From the NCBI GenBank assembly GCA_964597355.1, contig CAZQWS010000004.1, positions 8,645 through 72,644 of the forward strand: 64,000 nt of DNA, given 5' to 3'. The translations under genes and the position numbers were made by a program. Positions within the stretch are counted from its first letter, which is position 1. The number at the start of each line of letters is the position of its first letter. The notes below the pieces were generated by a model that did not search any database, was not told the origin of the DNA, and was given only the letters and a program-made list of their open reading frames with translations. Below, piece by piece: positions 50,646 through 58,581 of the stretch. The stretch comes from an uncultured Bdellovibrionales bacterium. GTDB lineage: Bacteria > Patescibacteriota > Minisyncoccia > Moranbacterales > UBA1568.

Positions 50646-50963
50646 TCACTTGAATTCGAAGAGAATATCACGAAAATTCACAACCCGATCACGTTGGTCG
50701 AGTTCGATTTTTTCTTTTTTATAAAGTTTCATTCGTTCTTTGCGATGTTTGGTGTTAATCCAAATATGTCCATTAGCATACACAATACGATGCCAAGGGA
50801 TATTCTTCTCTCCTTGATCCCAGGCTTTCCCTAAGATGCTCGTGATGCTCTGAGAGGCCATAGTACCGCCACCAGCTGCTCGAGCAATACGACCATAAGT
50901 GGTAACCCTCCCAGGGGGGATGGAGAGGGCGATCTTGAGTACTCGTTCGCTAAAAGTTTGCAT
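50646..50963 (-). CDS. alkyltransferase-like protein (MGMT-family DNA-binding domain, Cys to Trp)
   Basis: 105 aa from ATG 50963: ...IPPGRVTTYGRIARAAG...NIPWHRIVYANGH. The PCHRV methyl-acceptor motif is replaced by PWHRIV, as in Atl1/YbaZ-type ATL proteins. Confidence 0.7.
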   Translation of the reverse strand: MQTFSERVLKIALSIPPGRVTTYGRIARAAGGGTMASQSITSILGKAWDQGEKNIPWHRIVYANGHIWINTKHRKERMKLYKKEKIELDQRDRVVNFRDILFEFK

Positions 50964-51117
50964 AAAGATTTCCTTATTTTGTACATAATAACATTGTTCT
51001 CGCCCGGGGTACTCACTCGTTGTATTATTAGTATACAGTTCGTTTCGTTCCTCGGCGATGCCTCGCTCTGCACTCAAACAGGAAAATCTTTTTGTAATAA
51101 CTTTTATTAAGTGAAGT

Positions 51118-51465
51118 ATGGAATATATCGGAAAGTGCCATTGTGGTGCAGTTAAATTTGAAGTAGAAGTTGACCTGGCCAATGTGATCGAATGCAACTG
51201 CTCACATTGCGCGGTCAAAAGCCTTCTCCTTGCCTTTGTACCTGAGAATCAATTTATCCTTCTTTCAGGCGGGGAAAATCTGACAGAGTATCGTTTCAAC
51301 AAGAAAGTGATCGAACACTTATTTTGTAAAACTTGTGGAGTCCAGCCTTTTGGCAAAGGGCAGGATGAAAAGGGGAATAAAACGGTGGCGATCAATGTCC
51401 GTACCCTTGATGGAGTAGAAGCAGCAGGACTCAACCGTATTCCCTACAACGGGAAGGATGTGTAA
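51118..51465 (+). CDS. GFA (glutathione-dependent formaldehyde-activating/CENP-V-like) family protein
   Basis: 115 aa: CHCGAVKFEV...CNCSHC...CKTCG cysteine pattern of the GFA domain. Confidence 0.75.
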   Translation: MEYIGKCHCGAVKFEVEVDLANVIECNCSHCAVKSLLLAFVPENQFILLSGGENLTEYRFNKKVIEHLFCKTCGVQPFGKGQDEKGNKTVAINVRTLDGVEAAGLNRIPYNGKDV

Positions 51466-51549
51466 ATAGAGCTTTTTCAAGGCTTAGTTTTCCCTGTCCT
51501 TTCATCTTGTCAGTAAAGAAATTTTACGGTAGATTTAAACTCGTTACTT

Positions 51550-51621
51550 TGGGGAGTAGCCAAGCGGTAAGGCAGGGGCCTTTGAAGCCTCCATACGTAG
51601 GTTCGATCCCTACCTCCCCAG
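51550..51621 (+). tRNA. tRNA-Gln (anticodon UUG)
   Basis: 72 nt: acceptor TGGGGAG/CTCCCCA, D-arm GCC-AAGCGGTAA-GGC, anticodon stem GGGGC/GCCTC with loop CUUUGAA, T-arm GTAGG-TTCGATC-CCTAC, discriminator G. Upstream promoter-like TTGTCA-17-TAGATT. Confidence 0.85.
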
Positions 51622-51680
51622 CTATCCTTCGCTAAAGCTACAGAATAGCAAGCCATCCTTGCAAATTATGGGAAAGGCAT

Positions 51681-51986
51681 ATGCATTATTGCTACATTTT
51701 GCTCAGCGACAAATCTCATATCTTTTATTTTGGATCTGCAAATGATTTGAAAGAGAGATTGAAACTTCACAATTCAGGTAAAGTTATATCAACCAAACCT
51801 CATTTACCATGGCGGCTTGTTTGGTATGGAGCTTTTGAAACAGAGAAGCAAGCTCGCGATTTTGAACAATATCTCAAGAAAGGATCAGGCAAATCATTTG
51901 CATATAAAAGACTTGTTTCCGTAGCTTTAAAGAAGGATTTAACTTTTGGGAGGATACCGAAAGGTACTCCGAAGCGTTTCGCGTAG
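51681..51986 (+). CDS. GIY-YIG nuclease family protein (small, COG2827-like)
   Basis: 101 aa: MHYCYILLSDKSHIFYFGSANDLKERLKLHN, the GIY-YIG core. The gene is AT-rich relative to its flanks. Confidence 0.75.
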   Translation: MHYCYILLSDKSHIFYFGSANDLKERLKLHNSGKVISTKPHLPWRLVWYGAFETEKQARDFEQYLKKGSGKSFAYKRLVSVALKKDLTFGRIPKGTPKRFA

Positions 51987-52005
51987 GATACCCTACCTCC
52001 CCAGC
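51981..52005 (+). repeat. partial direct repeat of the tRNA-Gln 3' end
   Basis: cgtagg-ata-ccctacctccccagc versus the tRNA 3' end cgtagg-ttcgat-ccctacctccccagc (51597-51622). The 15-nt terminal block is identical. Confidence 0.6.
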
Positions 52006-52011
52006 AAATCT

Positions 52012-52485
52012 ATGGCAGATGAAAATGTTCAAATTCTAACCAAAGAAACGTATCTCAAGTGCCTTGAGAATGCTTCTGGCTCACGTTTGTTTAATTCGCT
52101 CTTTGTTCAATTTTAGGACTCTGGATCAATTGAGGATATTCTGAATGATGGTGAATATTCTTGTGCTTTTTTTGTCAGTAACGTCCTCTTTCTTTTTGGA
52201 TGTATCACGAAACCAGTCGTTACAGTTGAATCCTTGGTAAAGGTGCTCCAAAACGATACTCGATGGTCTATCGTCAAATTTGATGATCTCCAACCAGGTG
52301 ATGTTATTATCTGGGAAAAAGTAAAGTTTGAAGATGGTTCAGAAAACGCCCATTCAGGATTTGCTCTTACGACAGATACGGCTGTATCAACAAGTTCAAA
52401 AGAAAAGATGATTACGCAGCATCCTATAAATAATCGAGGAGTTGATTTTACCTATCGCTTTGATTGGTCTCAAAAACAGTCCTAA
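52012..52485 (+). pseudogene. papain-fold (NlpC/P60/CHAP-like) peptidase gene interrupted by an in-frame TAG
   Basis: ATG 52012 ...NSLFVQF, TAG (52114-16), then the same frame continues DSGSIEDILNDGEYSCAFFVSNV...GDVIIWE...AHSGFAL... (Cys...His order of CHAP/NlpC-type hydrolases). TAG is a normal stop elsewhere (dcd, pilB). AT-rich. Confidence 0.45.
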
Positions 52486-52543
52486 CTTCGTTTCAGGATT
52501 TCAGTAAAAAAATCTCCCTGCAGGGAGATTTTATTTTAGAGAT

Positions 52544-54169
52544 TCAGGATTCGTTTTGAACGAGCTTTCCACCGAGTGCTTCGAGAGCCTGATCGATGAT
52601 GGGTGGGTGACTATTTGTCGAGGCTGTTTCGGTTACTCGTACTTCCCAGGGAACACGAAACCCCAAAATTGTAGCAAAGGCAGTGTCGATGGTCAAGCGG
52701 TTCTCTGGCTTCTCGAGACGGTCCTTGTGGAAAGGATATTTTACTTCGAGGATCGCGTAATTTTCCTCGCCAACAACGAGTTCGGTGGTGGAGAGAGCTA
52801 CCCCGAGGGAGGCATTGAGGTGCTTGGCATGTTCGACGATAGCCCGCCATTCCCGACGGATCCGAGAGAGATCCACCGAAGTTGTATTTTCTGTTGAAGT
52901 TTCAGTGGGAACAGCTTCTTTGATGGCAGTTTTTTGCTCCATTGGAGCCCGGCTTATTGACTTGGGCTGGGAATGGACTGGAGCCACATTGGGTGTAGGT
53001 TTTTCTTGCGGAGTTTCTGTCACAGGGTGTGAAGGACCAGTAGAGCCCTTTTCTTCAGGGATGAGTTTTACCAAGGCAATTTCGAGGGGGAGTTCGGGCA
53101 AAGGAGTTACCTTCATCATTTGTTCGGCTTCTTGGAAACGCTCCATGCATTCGACGATACGGTCGCTACCAAGGAGGGCGGCAATTTCACCCAAAGTCTT
53201 ACGTTCGGCTTCGGTAAAGTCGAGAGCGATGGTTTTGAGGCTGGAGGGATCAACCGAAGCATAGAGAGCTTGGCGGAGGTATTGGAGGAGACTTCCCACA
53301 AAGTGAGTCAGGTGAGCGCCATTTTCGCCGAGCTCGCGGACAATTTTGAGGCCAACTGGGAGATTCCTTTGGCCTACAGCTGTGAGTACACCTGTAATAG
53401 ACTCAAGCGTTGTAGCCCCGAGGAGGAGTGCTACTCGGTTAGCCCGGATCGGGGATTCCTCAAGAGTAGCAACTTGAGTAAAGAGGACTTCGGCGTCGCG
53501 CATGCCTCCTTGGGCAGCACGGGCGATTATAAGGAGTGCGTCATCGTCAATATCGATCTGTTCGGCTTTGGCAATTTTTGCAAGTTTCTCCAAGAGACTC
53601 TCGAGGGGAAAACGTCGGAGGTCGAGACGGATGGAACGGGAGAGAATGGTCTCCGGTACTTTAGTAACATTGGTTGTCGCGAGAATGAAGACGACATGGG
53701 CGGGTGGCTCCTCGAGGGTTTTAAGGAGTGCGTTCCAGGCTCCGATCGAGAGCATATGCGCTTCATCGATGATGTAGATTTTGTGAGAACCGAGGACTGG
53801 AGCTGTGGCGATGGTGTCGCGGAGTTCACGGATATTGTCTACACCCGTATGCGAGGCAGCATCGATTTCGATCACATCGAGAGCCTGATGGTTGTTCATA
53901 GCAACGCAGTGGGGACATTTGCCACAGGGTTCTGCTTTAGCAAAAGCACTCTGAGCCGGTCGAAGGGAGCCTCTATCCTTGCAGTTGAGGGCGCGGGCGA
54001 AGAGTCGGGCTAGTGTTGTTTTTCCTGTACCACGAGGGCCAGTCAGGAGGTACGCGTGGGCCACTTTGTCTCGGATGAGACTTTGAGTGAGGACCGTCAC
54101 AACTTGCTCCTGGCTAATGACATCAGCGAAGTGCTCGGGCCGGTATTTTCGGTAAAAAGTGGCAGACAT
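52544..54169 (-). CDS. dnaX: DNA polymerase III subunit gamma/tau DnaX
   Basis: 541 aa: YRPEHFADVISQEQV...LLTGPRGTGKTTLARLFARALNC, zinc module C..C..C..C, Walker B IYIIDEAHML, sensor SRS. Confidence 0.9.
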   Translation of the reverse strand: MSATFYRKYRPEHFADVISQEQVVTVLTQSLIRDKVAHAYLLTGPRGTGKTTLARLFARALNCKDRGSLRPAQSAFAKAEPCGKCPHCVAMNNHQALDVIEIDAASHTGVDNIRELRDTIATAPVLGSHKIYIIDEAHMLSIGAWNALLKTLEEPPAHVVFILATTNVTKVPETILSRSIRLDLRRFPLESLLEKLAKIAKAEQIDIDDDALLIIARAAQGGMRDAEVLFTQVATLEESPIRANRVALLLGATTLESITGVLTAVGQRNLPVGLKIVRELGENGAHLTHFVGSLLQYLRQALYASVDPSSLKTIALDFTEAERKTLGEIAALLGSDRIVECMERFQEAEQMMKVTPLPELPLEIALVKLIPEEKGSTGPSHPVTETPQEKPTPNVAPVHSQPKSISRAPMEQKTAIKEAVPTETSTENTTSVDLSRIRREWRAIVEHAKHLNASLGVALSTTELVVGEENYAILEVKYPFHKDRLEKPENRLTIDTAFATILGFRVPWEVRVTETASTNSHPPIIDQALEALGGKLVQNES

Positions 54170-54300
54170 AGTGGAGGAGAATAAAGAATATCGAATCGAG
54201 AAAGTCGGAACAATTCAAGGGAAAAAACTAAGAACCAAAAAAAAGAAAAGCAAGAAGCCGCATCGAGACTTCAGAGGCCATTATAACATACGAGAAAACA

Positions 54301-54333
54301 AAACCCCGCTTACCGGTAGGCAGGCGGGGTTTA
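54301..54333 (-). terminator. rho-independent terminator after the gtrA-like gene
   Basis: Plus strand aaaccccgc-ttaccggtaggcag-gcggggttt (palindromic). On the minus strand it is followed by a T-run. Confidence 0.5.
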
Positions 54334-54349
54334 GGATGATTTGGAGGCG

Positions 54350-54865
54350 TTATTTCTTAAACACAAAGAGCTTGTAGCCGATGAAATTCCAGACGAGTGA
54401 GGCACCGGTGGCAAAGAGTTTGGCGACATTGGCCCAGAGCTGGTCAGACAAGCCAAATGGGGCAGCGACGTAACTCGTTATGCCAGTGAGGATCAGGCCA
54501 TTGATAGTAATGCCGATAAGGCTGACGACAAAGAATTGAGAGAATTGAACGCCGGCATTTTTGCCTTCGATGCCAGCGGCTGCCTCTTTGAACGTCCAGC
54601 GCTTGTTCATGAAGTAGCTGTTGACGACGGCTACCGAGAAGGAAATACAGTTGAGGACAAACAAGCCAAGACCGCTTGTGATGCTACTCAGGTACATGAG
54701 GGCGTTCAAAACCGCAAAATCAATACCAGTATTGACTCCACCGACGATGATAAATTTTGAGAATTGCTTGACGAGTCTTGCTATGAGGCCAAGTTTCTCG
54801 GTAGGAGGCGCGACCGGTGCAACGGACGGGACAGTAGGGGCAGTACCCTCAACAGCTTGATTCAT
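54350..54865 (-). CDS. GtrA-family membrane protein
   Basis: 171 aa: KFIIVGGVNTGIDFAVLNALMYL signature, 4 TM helices. Confidence 0.75.
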   Translation of the reverse strand: MNQAVEGTAPTVPSVAPVAPPTEKLGLIARLVKQFSKFIIVGGVNTGIDFAVLNALMYLSSITSGLGLFVLNCISFSVAVVNSYFMNKRWTFKEAAAGIEGKNAGVQFSQFFVVSLIGITINGLILTGITSYVAAPFGLSDQLWANVAKLFATGASLVWNFIGYKLFVFKK

Positions 54866-54883
54866 AAATAGGTTATTTAGAAA

Positions 54884-55660
54884 TTATGATTTAGCGGCTA
54901 CTTCTTTCTCGAGCGCCTCCATGTCTCGCATCCACTCATCGAGTGATGAGGAAGAGGTATTCGAAGAGGAAGGGGTTGAAACAGAGGGGGATACTGGTTC
55001 TGTATCAGCTGGAGTCTCATCGAGCGAAAGATCCTTTTTCCAGTCCTCGTGCAAAGCCTTGGCTTCGCGGGATGGTTGTTTGGGAATGGGGATGTTCGGA
55101 TTGAGGGACCCTTTTTGAAGGACATTTTCAATCGCTACCCAGGAGGACTCGAGATTGCGTGGCATGACGACTGCTACCTCATCACCTGGCTCGACGCGGA
55201 AGTAAGTGATTGAAGCGAGGAGTACTCGAAAGGGTTCGCCCTCGACGACAACATGATAATTGCCGCTCTCGTCTTGACTGACAATGCCGAGAGCATGCTT
55301 CCGTTCGATAGGACTGATCTGCTTGTAGATAAATGAACCATCGGGAGTGATAGTGAGTTTGAGGAGATCGCCTTCAACAAGCTTGGATTTTGAAGCGTAG
55401 TTGGCTGGGACGGGGTATTGCTTGCCATCCGTACCAAGCATGATTTGCCCATCAAAAGTGCCTTCAATCATTGTACCGTCATCATCAGATGCAACCTTTT
55501 TTGGTCGGCCGGTTTTTTTCTTACCCTCGAGCTGGAGGAGCATCGCCTTAGCACTTTGAATGGTGCGTTCAGCGTTGAGGATCATATCCCGCAGAGCCTG
55601 AATTTTGGCGCCATTATCAGGAGCGACAATAGAGGAATTTTCGTCGGAAGAAGCATGCAT
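54884..55660 (-). CDS. hypothetical protein with conserved-looking central beta-rich domain and Ser-rich C-terminus
   Basis: 258 aa: N-terminal coiled coil with basic patch (KKKTGRPKK), central GTFDGQIMLGTDGKQYPVPANYASKSKLVEGDLLKLTI, C-terminal STPSSSNTSSSS. No family assignable by eye. Confidence 0.4.
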   Translation of the reverse strand: MHASSDENSSIVAPDNGAKIQALRDMILNAERTIQSAKAMLLQLEGKKKTGRPKKVASDDDGTMIEGTFDGQIMLGTDGKQYPVPANYASKSKLVEGDLLKLTITPDGSFIYKQISPIERKHALGIVSQDESGNYHVVVEGEPFRVLLASITYFRVEPGDEVAVVMPRNLESSWVAIENVLQKGSLNPNIPIPKQPSREAKALHEDWKKDLSLDETPADTEPVSPSVSTPSSSNTSSSSLDEWMRDMEALEKEVAAKS

Positions 55661-55965
55661 AATGTTTGTCTTTTTGTTTGAAAAATGAGCGATCTTTTCA
55701 GCTCACTCTTTACAGGGTCATTATAGAAGGTTTTTCTGTCAACTGCAAATAGCTTGTATTTACTAAAAATCTTTTGGAAGTAAACATTACGGTTCTTGAC
55801 TCTATTACACAATCGTTGGAATACAATCTAAACGATGTAACTGAGCTTTTTGCCTGTTTTGCCCCATGGGTGTATCTGGGCTTGACAAAAAATGGTATTA
55901 TGCTAATATAAATTGCCTTTAAAAAAGTAAGGGTATCCATCTATTTTCTCTCGTTTGAAGCGCCT

Positions 55966-57039
55966 ATGAATCAAGTAGCTACTACTCCCAAAGAAGTGCC
56001 AGCTAATCCAGTCTCTTGTCAGTCTTTTCTGGCCAGTCTTTTGAAGCGTTTTCCTGAGCGTTCCCAGGCTATTTTTGGTTTGCGTTTTGGACTGGATGGA
56101 AGCGAAGAAAAAACCTTGGAAGAGATCGGACAGACATATGGCATCACTCGTGAACGTGTCCGTCAGGTCGTTGATGTCCTTTTGAAAAAAATGCGAGCTG
56201 AACTCGCTGACAAGGAAACTCATCCAGCTGTTACCCGGATTACGACTCTTTTGCGCGAGCATCACGGGATCATGACGCTTCTAGCGATGAAAGATAAACT
56301 TGCTGGCAAAGACGCTCGTGAAGGCCAGGCGCTTTTGGCACTCCTCACGATGCTTCCAGGCGTCATGTCTCACAAGGAGGCCAAAGACGAAAAACCATTT
56401 GTAGCAATGACAGATTTTGACATGGTTCGTTGGAACAAAGTGATTGACACAGCAGTCGTTGTGCTTAAGAACGAGAGTGATGTAGTGGATTTCAAACAGT
56501 TGTTTGTGTTGGTGGCCGCTGCGCTTCAGGGGCAACTTACGCTTGAAGAAACAGAACTCAAGGACTACCTCGCTCCTTCAAAAAAGATTGAGGAAAACGT
56601 TTTTGGTCGTTATGGTCTCTCGATTTGGGAAAGTATCCGACCTCGTGGCACTCGCGAACGCGCCCACCTTATTCTAAAGGTATTTGCCAAGCCGCTCCAT
56701 TTCCGTGAAATTGCTCGTCTTATCGATGAACATGGTTTGTACAAACCTGGCAAGAAAACGCATCCGCAGACGGTACACAATGAGCTCATCAAGGATAAGC
56801 GATTCGTCTTGGTGGGGCGGGGGACCTATGCGCTCTCTGATTGGGGGTATACTCGGGGAACGGTACGCCAGGTTTTGGCCAATATTTTGAAAGAACATGA
56901 GGAGCCGATGTCTCGCGAAGAACTTCTGAAAGCAGTCCTCAAAGTCCGCCAGGTCAAAAAATCTACGGTGATCATCAACCTGAATACTTTTTTTACCAAG
57001 GTTGGCAAGAATATTTACACTTTGCGCGACAGCAAATAA
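55966..57039 (+). CDS. sigma-70 region-4-like HTH plus HARE-HTH winged-helix repeats (putative transcription-associated protein)
   Basis: 357 aa. N-terminal AIFGLRFGLDGSEEKTLEEIGQTYGITRERVRQVVDVLLKKMR is a sigma70 region 4.2 signature. C-terminal LHFREIARLIDEHGLYKPGKKTHPQTVHNELIKDKRFVLVGRGTYALSDWGY is a HARE-HTH signature (...vGRGtYaLreWg). Further winged-helix-like repeats end FGRYGLSIWES and NIYTLRD. Confidence 0.55.
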   Translation: MNQVATTPKEVPANPVSCQSFLASLLKRFPERSQAIFGLRFGLDGSEEKTLEEIGQTYGITRERVRQVVDVLLKKMRAELADKETHPAVTRITTLLREHHGIMTLLAMKDKLAGKDAREGQALLALLTMLPGVMSHKEAKDEKPFVAMTDFDMVRWNKVIDTAVVVLKNESDVVDFKQLFVLVAAALQGQLTLEETELKDYLAPSKKIEENVFGRYGLSIWESIRPRGTRERAHLILKVFAKPLHFREIARLIDEHGLYKPGKKTHPQTVHNELIKDKRFVLVGRGTYALSDWGYTRGTVRQVLANILKEHEEPMSREELLKAVLKVRQVKKSTVIINLNTFFTKVGKNIYTLRDSK

Positions 57040-57047
57040 CCTCTCTT

Positions 57048-57071
57048 CTGGCTCACCGTGAGCCAGTTTTG
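57048..57071 (+). terminator. rho-independent terminator
   Basis: Perfect 9-bp stem ctggctcac-cg-gtgagccag, then TTTT. Confidence 0.7.
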
Positions 57072-57288
57072 TCTACTCTTGCTCTAGGATTCTCTATTAT
57101 CAAACGAAGTGAGAGAAATGAAAGTAAACTTTCGTTTCCGAGCGAGTGCTGATATCAAGGAGTGAGCCTATGGTAGTCCTTATTAAGGAATACAAAAGAG
57201 AACTTTATGCTCTATAGGCTAGCTTGCTTTATAAAAACTCTTTATACTGAAGAAGTGTAACTGGGCAACGACCCAATAAATTTTTCGG

Positions 57289-58566
57289 ATGGCCGAATTC
57301 TTCTCCAACATAGCTTTTGCCTTTTCAATAGTCGGAAACGTGTGGTACATCGTCTTTCCGCCGTTTTTGTATTTTCTCTTCATGCTGTTTTGGATGGATC
57401 GGATAAATGGGATCTACGCTTCCAAGCTTGAGTGGGTGTTGCTCGAGGTTATTCCTTCACGGGAGGTTGAAAAAAGTCCACATCCGATGGAGCTTATCTT
57501 TTCGGGTTTTTCGGGTGTTATCAAAAGCCCTTCGACGATTGAAGAATATGTACTTGGTGAATTTCCTACGAGCTTCAGTCTTGAAATGGTGGGGACTGAA
57601 GGTAGAGCTCATTTCTATATTCGTACCCTGAAAAATTTCCGGAACTTGGTGGAGGCTCACTGTTATGCTCAGTATCCCGACATTGAGATTGTCGAAGTAG
57701 AGGACTACACCAAGGCAGTACCACGTTCCATCCCCAACAATGAATGGGATCTTTGGGGCGTGGAATTCAAGCTTCTCAAGGATGATCTGTATCCTATTCG
57801 AACGTATAAATTTTTTGAAGAAAGCGTGACGGGGAAGATGATTGACCCGTTAGCTGGACTCGTTGAGACGATCGGCAAGGCCGGACCTGGTCAGCATATG
57901 TGGCTCCAGATCATTGTGACTCCGATCAAAGAAGATTGGGGACCCAAAAAGGGCCAGGCAACTATCGAGGCTTTCTTGGGACATGAAGAGGTAGAGTCCC
58001 CGGGGATTTTGGCGCGCATTTGGCATGATATTGCGGAAGTGTTTTCCAATCTCTTCACAGCGCTCTTGGGTAAGGAGATTGAATGGACGAGTCTGGGGGA
58101 GACGGCTGCGAAGGATGAGGCTCCAGTGGAGTTTCGCTTGACTCCAGGTCAGAAAGACGTCCTGAAGGCGCTCGAGAGCAACATTGGAAAGCCAATGTAC
58201 AAGGTCAAGATGCGTTATCTCTATGTCGGTAAACGTGAGGGTTTTTCCAAGACAACAGGTGTCTCGTCGTTTATGGGCGGGATCAAACAGTTCAACGATC
58301 TCAATCTCAATAGCATGATTCCGGATGATTTGACCAAGACCTATGCGAGCTATCTCTGGGTGGACGCACGGACGCGATATCGCCAGCGCAAGCTCTTCCG
58401 TCGGTACATCACCCGTGATACCGATGACCAAACTAATCGTTTTCTCTTGTCGTCTGAAGAGTTAGCGACGTTGTTCCATATCCCAGACATGCAGGTGGTG
58501 GCTCCGTCTTTGACCCGTGTCGTTGCCAAACGGGGTGGCGCGCCATCCAATTTGCCAGTACTCTAA
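57289..58566 (+). CDS. hypothetical membrane-anchored protein (2 N-terminal TM helices plus a soluble domain of about 390 aa)
   Basis: 425 aa: FFSNIAFAFSIVGNVWYIVFPPFLYFLFMLFWM, then a large non-hydrophobic domain with no recognisable motif. 15-bp gap to the downstream ATPase. Confidence 0.5.
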   Translation: MAEFFSNIAFAFSIVGNVWYIVFPPFLYFLFMLFWMDRINGIYASKLEWVLLEVIPSREVEKSPHPMELIFSGFSGVIKSPSTIEEYVLGEFPTSFSLEMVGTEGRAHFYIRTLKNFRNLVEAHCYAQYPDIEIVEVEDYTKAVPRSIPNNEWDLWGVEFKLLKDDLYPIRTYKFFEESVTGKMIDPLAGLVETIGKAGPGQHMWLQIIVTPIKEDWGPKKGQATIEAFLGHEEVESPGILARIWHDIAEVFSNLFTALLGKEIEWTSLGETAAKDEAPVEFRLTPGQKDVLKALESNIGKPMYKVKMRYLYVGKREGFSKTTGVSSFMGGIKQFNDLNLNSMIPDDLTKTYASYLWVDARTRYRQRKLFRRYITRDTDDQTNRFLLSSEELATLFHIPDMQVVAPSLTRVVAKRGGAPSNLPVL

Positions 58567-58581
58567 AGTGAAGCTGCTTTT

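Noticed and set aside
52114-52116. In-frame TAG as evidence of stop-codon reassignment (alternative genetic code)
   Set aside because: TAG terminates clearly intact genes (dcd at 26295-97, pilB at 10051-53). Standard code; the gene is a pseudogene or carries an error.
53120-54013. 297-aa plus-strand ORF
   Set aside because: Antisense to dnaX; no motifs. A shadow ORF. The same reasoning applies to 41614..42405 (antisense to smc), 46655..47434 (antisense to the antiporter), 23722..24357 (antisense to nusG), 5043..5600 (antisense to clpC), 6119..6643 (antisense to pilM) and 16625..17107 (antisense to pilD).
54170-54300. Looked for an SRP RNA (ffs) upstream of dnaX, a common synteny
   Set aside because: No GGAAGCAGCC / GUCAGGUCCGGAAGG-type domain IV motif visible in this A-rich spacer.
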